The notes below the pieces were generated by a model. That model was not told the origin of the DNA and made no database searches. It saw only the letters and a program-made list of their open reading frames with translations. 64,000 nucleotides of DNA, taken from the IMG/VR virus record IMGVR_UViG_3300043256_000348, positions 1-64,000 of that record. One strand, 5' to 3'. The DNA comes from a virus. The position numbers and the translations under genes are program-made. This document shows, in pieces, positions 63,904 through 64,000 of the stretch; the stretch's first letter is position 1, and each line of letters starts with the position of its first letter.

Positions 63904-64000
63904 AGCACGGCGGCGGCGTGGCAGCGTCGGGCGACTGGTCACACGTATCCGAGAACTGGCTGACCAACAGCGGAGAAGGTGACTTTTAGTGGAGCCGGTG
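63904..64000 (+). ncRNA. Cloverleaf RNA, copy 3 (truncated by window end)
   Basis: AGCACGGCGGCGGCGTGG...ACACGT; ends in GAGCCGGTG, the start of the conserved last arm. Confidence 0.5.

Noticed and set aside
1-64000. CRISPR array, integrase/att site, IS element, classical endolysin, capsid or terminase
   Set aside because: No regularly spaced repeats or diagnostic motifs found by eye; these may lie outside the window, so prophage versus free phage cannot be decided

Overview
The window is a gene-dense, high-GC (about 60-65% by eye) segment of a tailed dsDNA phage or prophage with a siphovirus-type tail. The host is most likely a Planctomycete (inference from the pilin, the AAA/DUF1257/DUF2997 module and the style of the secreted proteins). 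Layout: (1) 1-9.2 kb head-tail joining, tail tube, tail chaperones with a G GGA AAC -1 frameshift, tape measure and Cys-rich tail-tip genes; (2) an inverted, host-type type IV prepilin gene at 9.3-10.2 kb; (3) a 27-kb co-oriented glycan-modification island (10.3-37.5 kb) with about 12 glycosyltransferases, 3 sulfotransferases, GDP-mannose 4,6-dehydratase, a DegT aminotransferase, a cupin, 4 small-molecule methyltransferases and a B12 radical SAM enzyme, interrupted by a SNF2 helicase/DNA methylase pair and small accessory genes; (4) a leftward recombination/replication block (RecT, RecE-like nuclease, Mom-like acetyltransferase, SF2 helicase, ParB-like); (5) RusA followed by secreted/membrane genes including a matrixin-type metalloprotease with a cysteine switch and a thioredoxin; (6) an early-type region with an AAA+ ATPase whose Walker B segment precedes Walker A, DUF3150/DUF1257/DUF2997-like genes, HNH and primase, plus several structured non-coding RNA candidates. 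The strongest unexplained signals are the pilin next to the glycan island, duplicated junction sequences around at least nine single-gene insertions, the permuted AAA+ domain, three related cloverleaf RNAs and a 99-bp block-conserved promoter/operator present twice in inverted orientation. No capsid, terminase, integrase, classical endolysin, CRISPR array or canonical tRNA was seen. All family assignments come from motif recognition by eye, not database searches.
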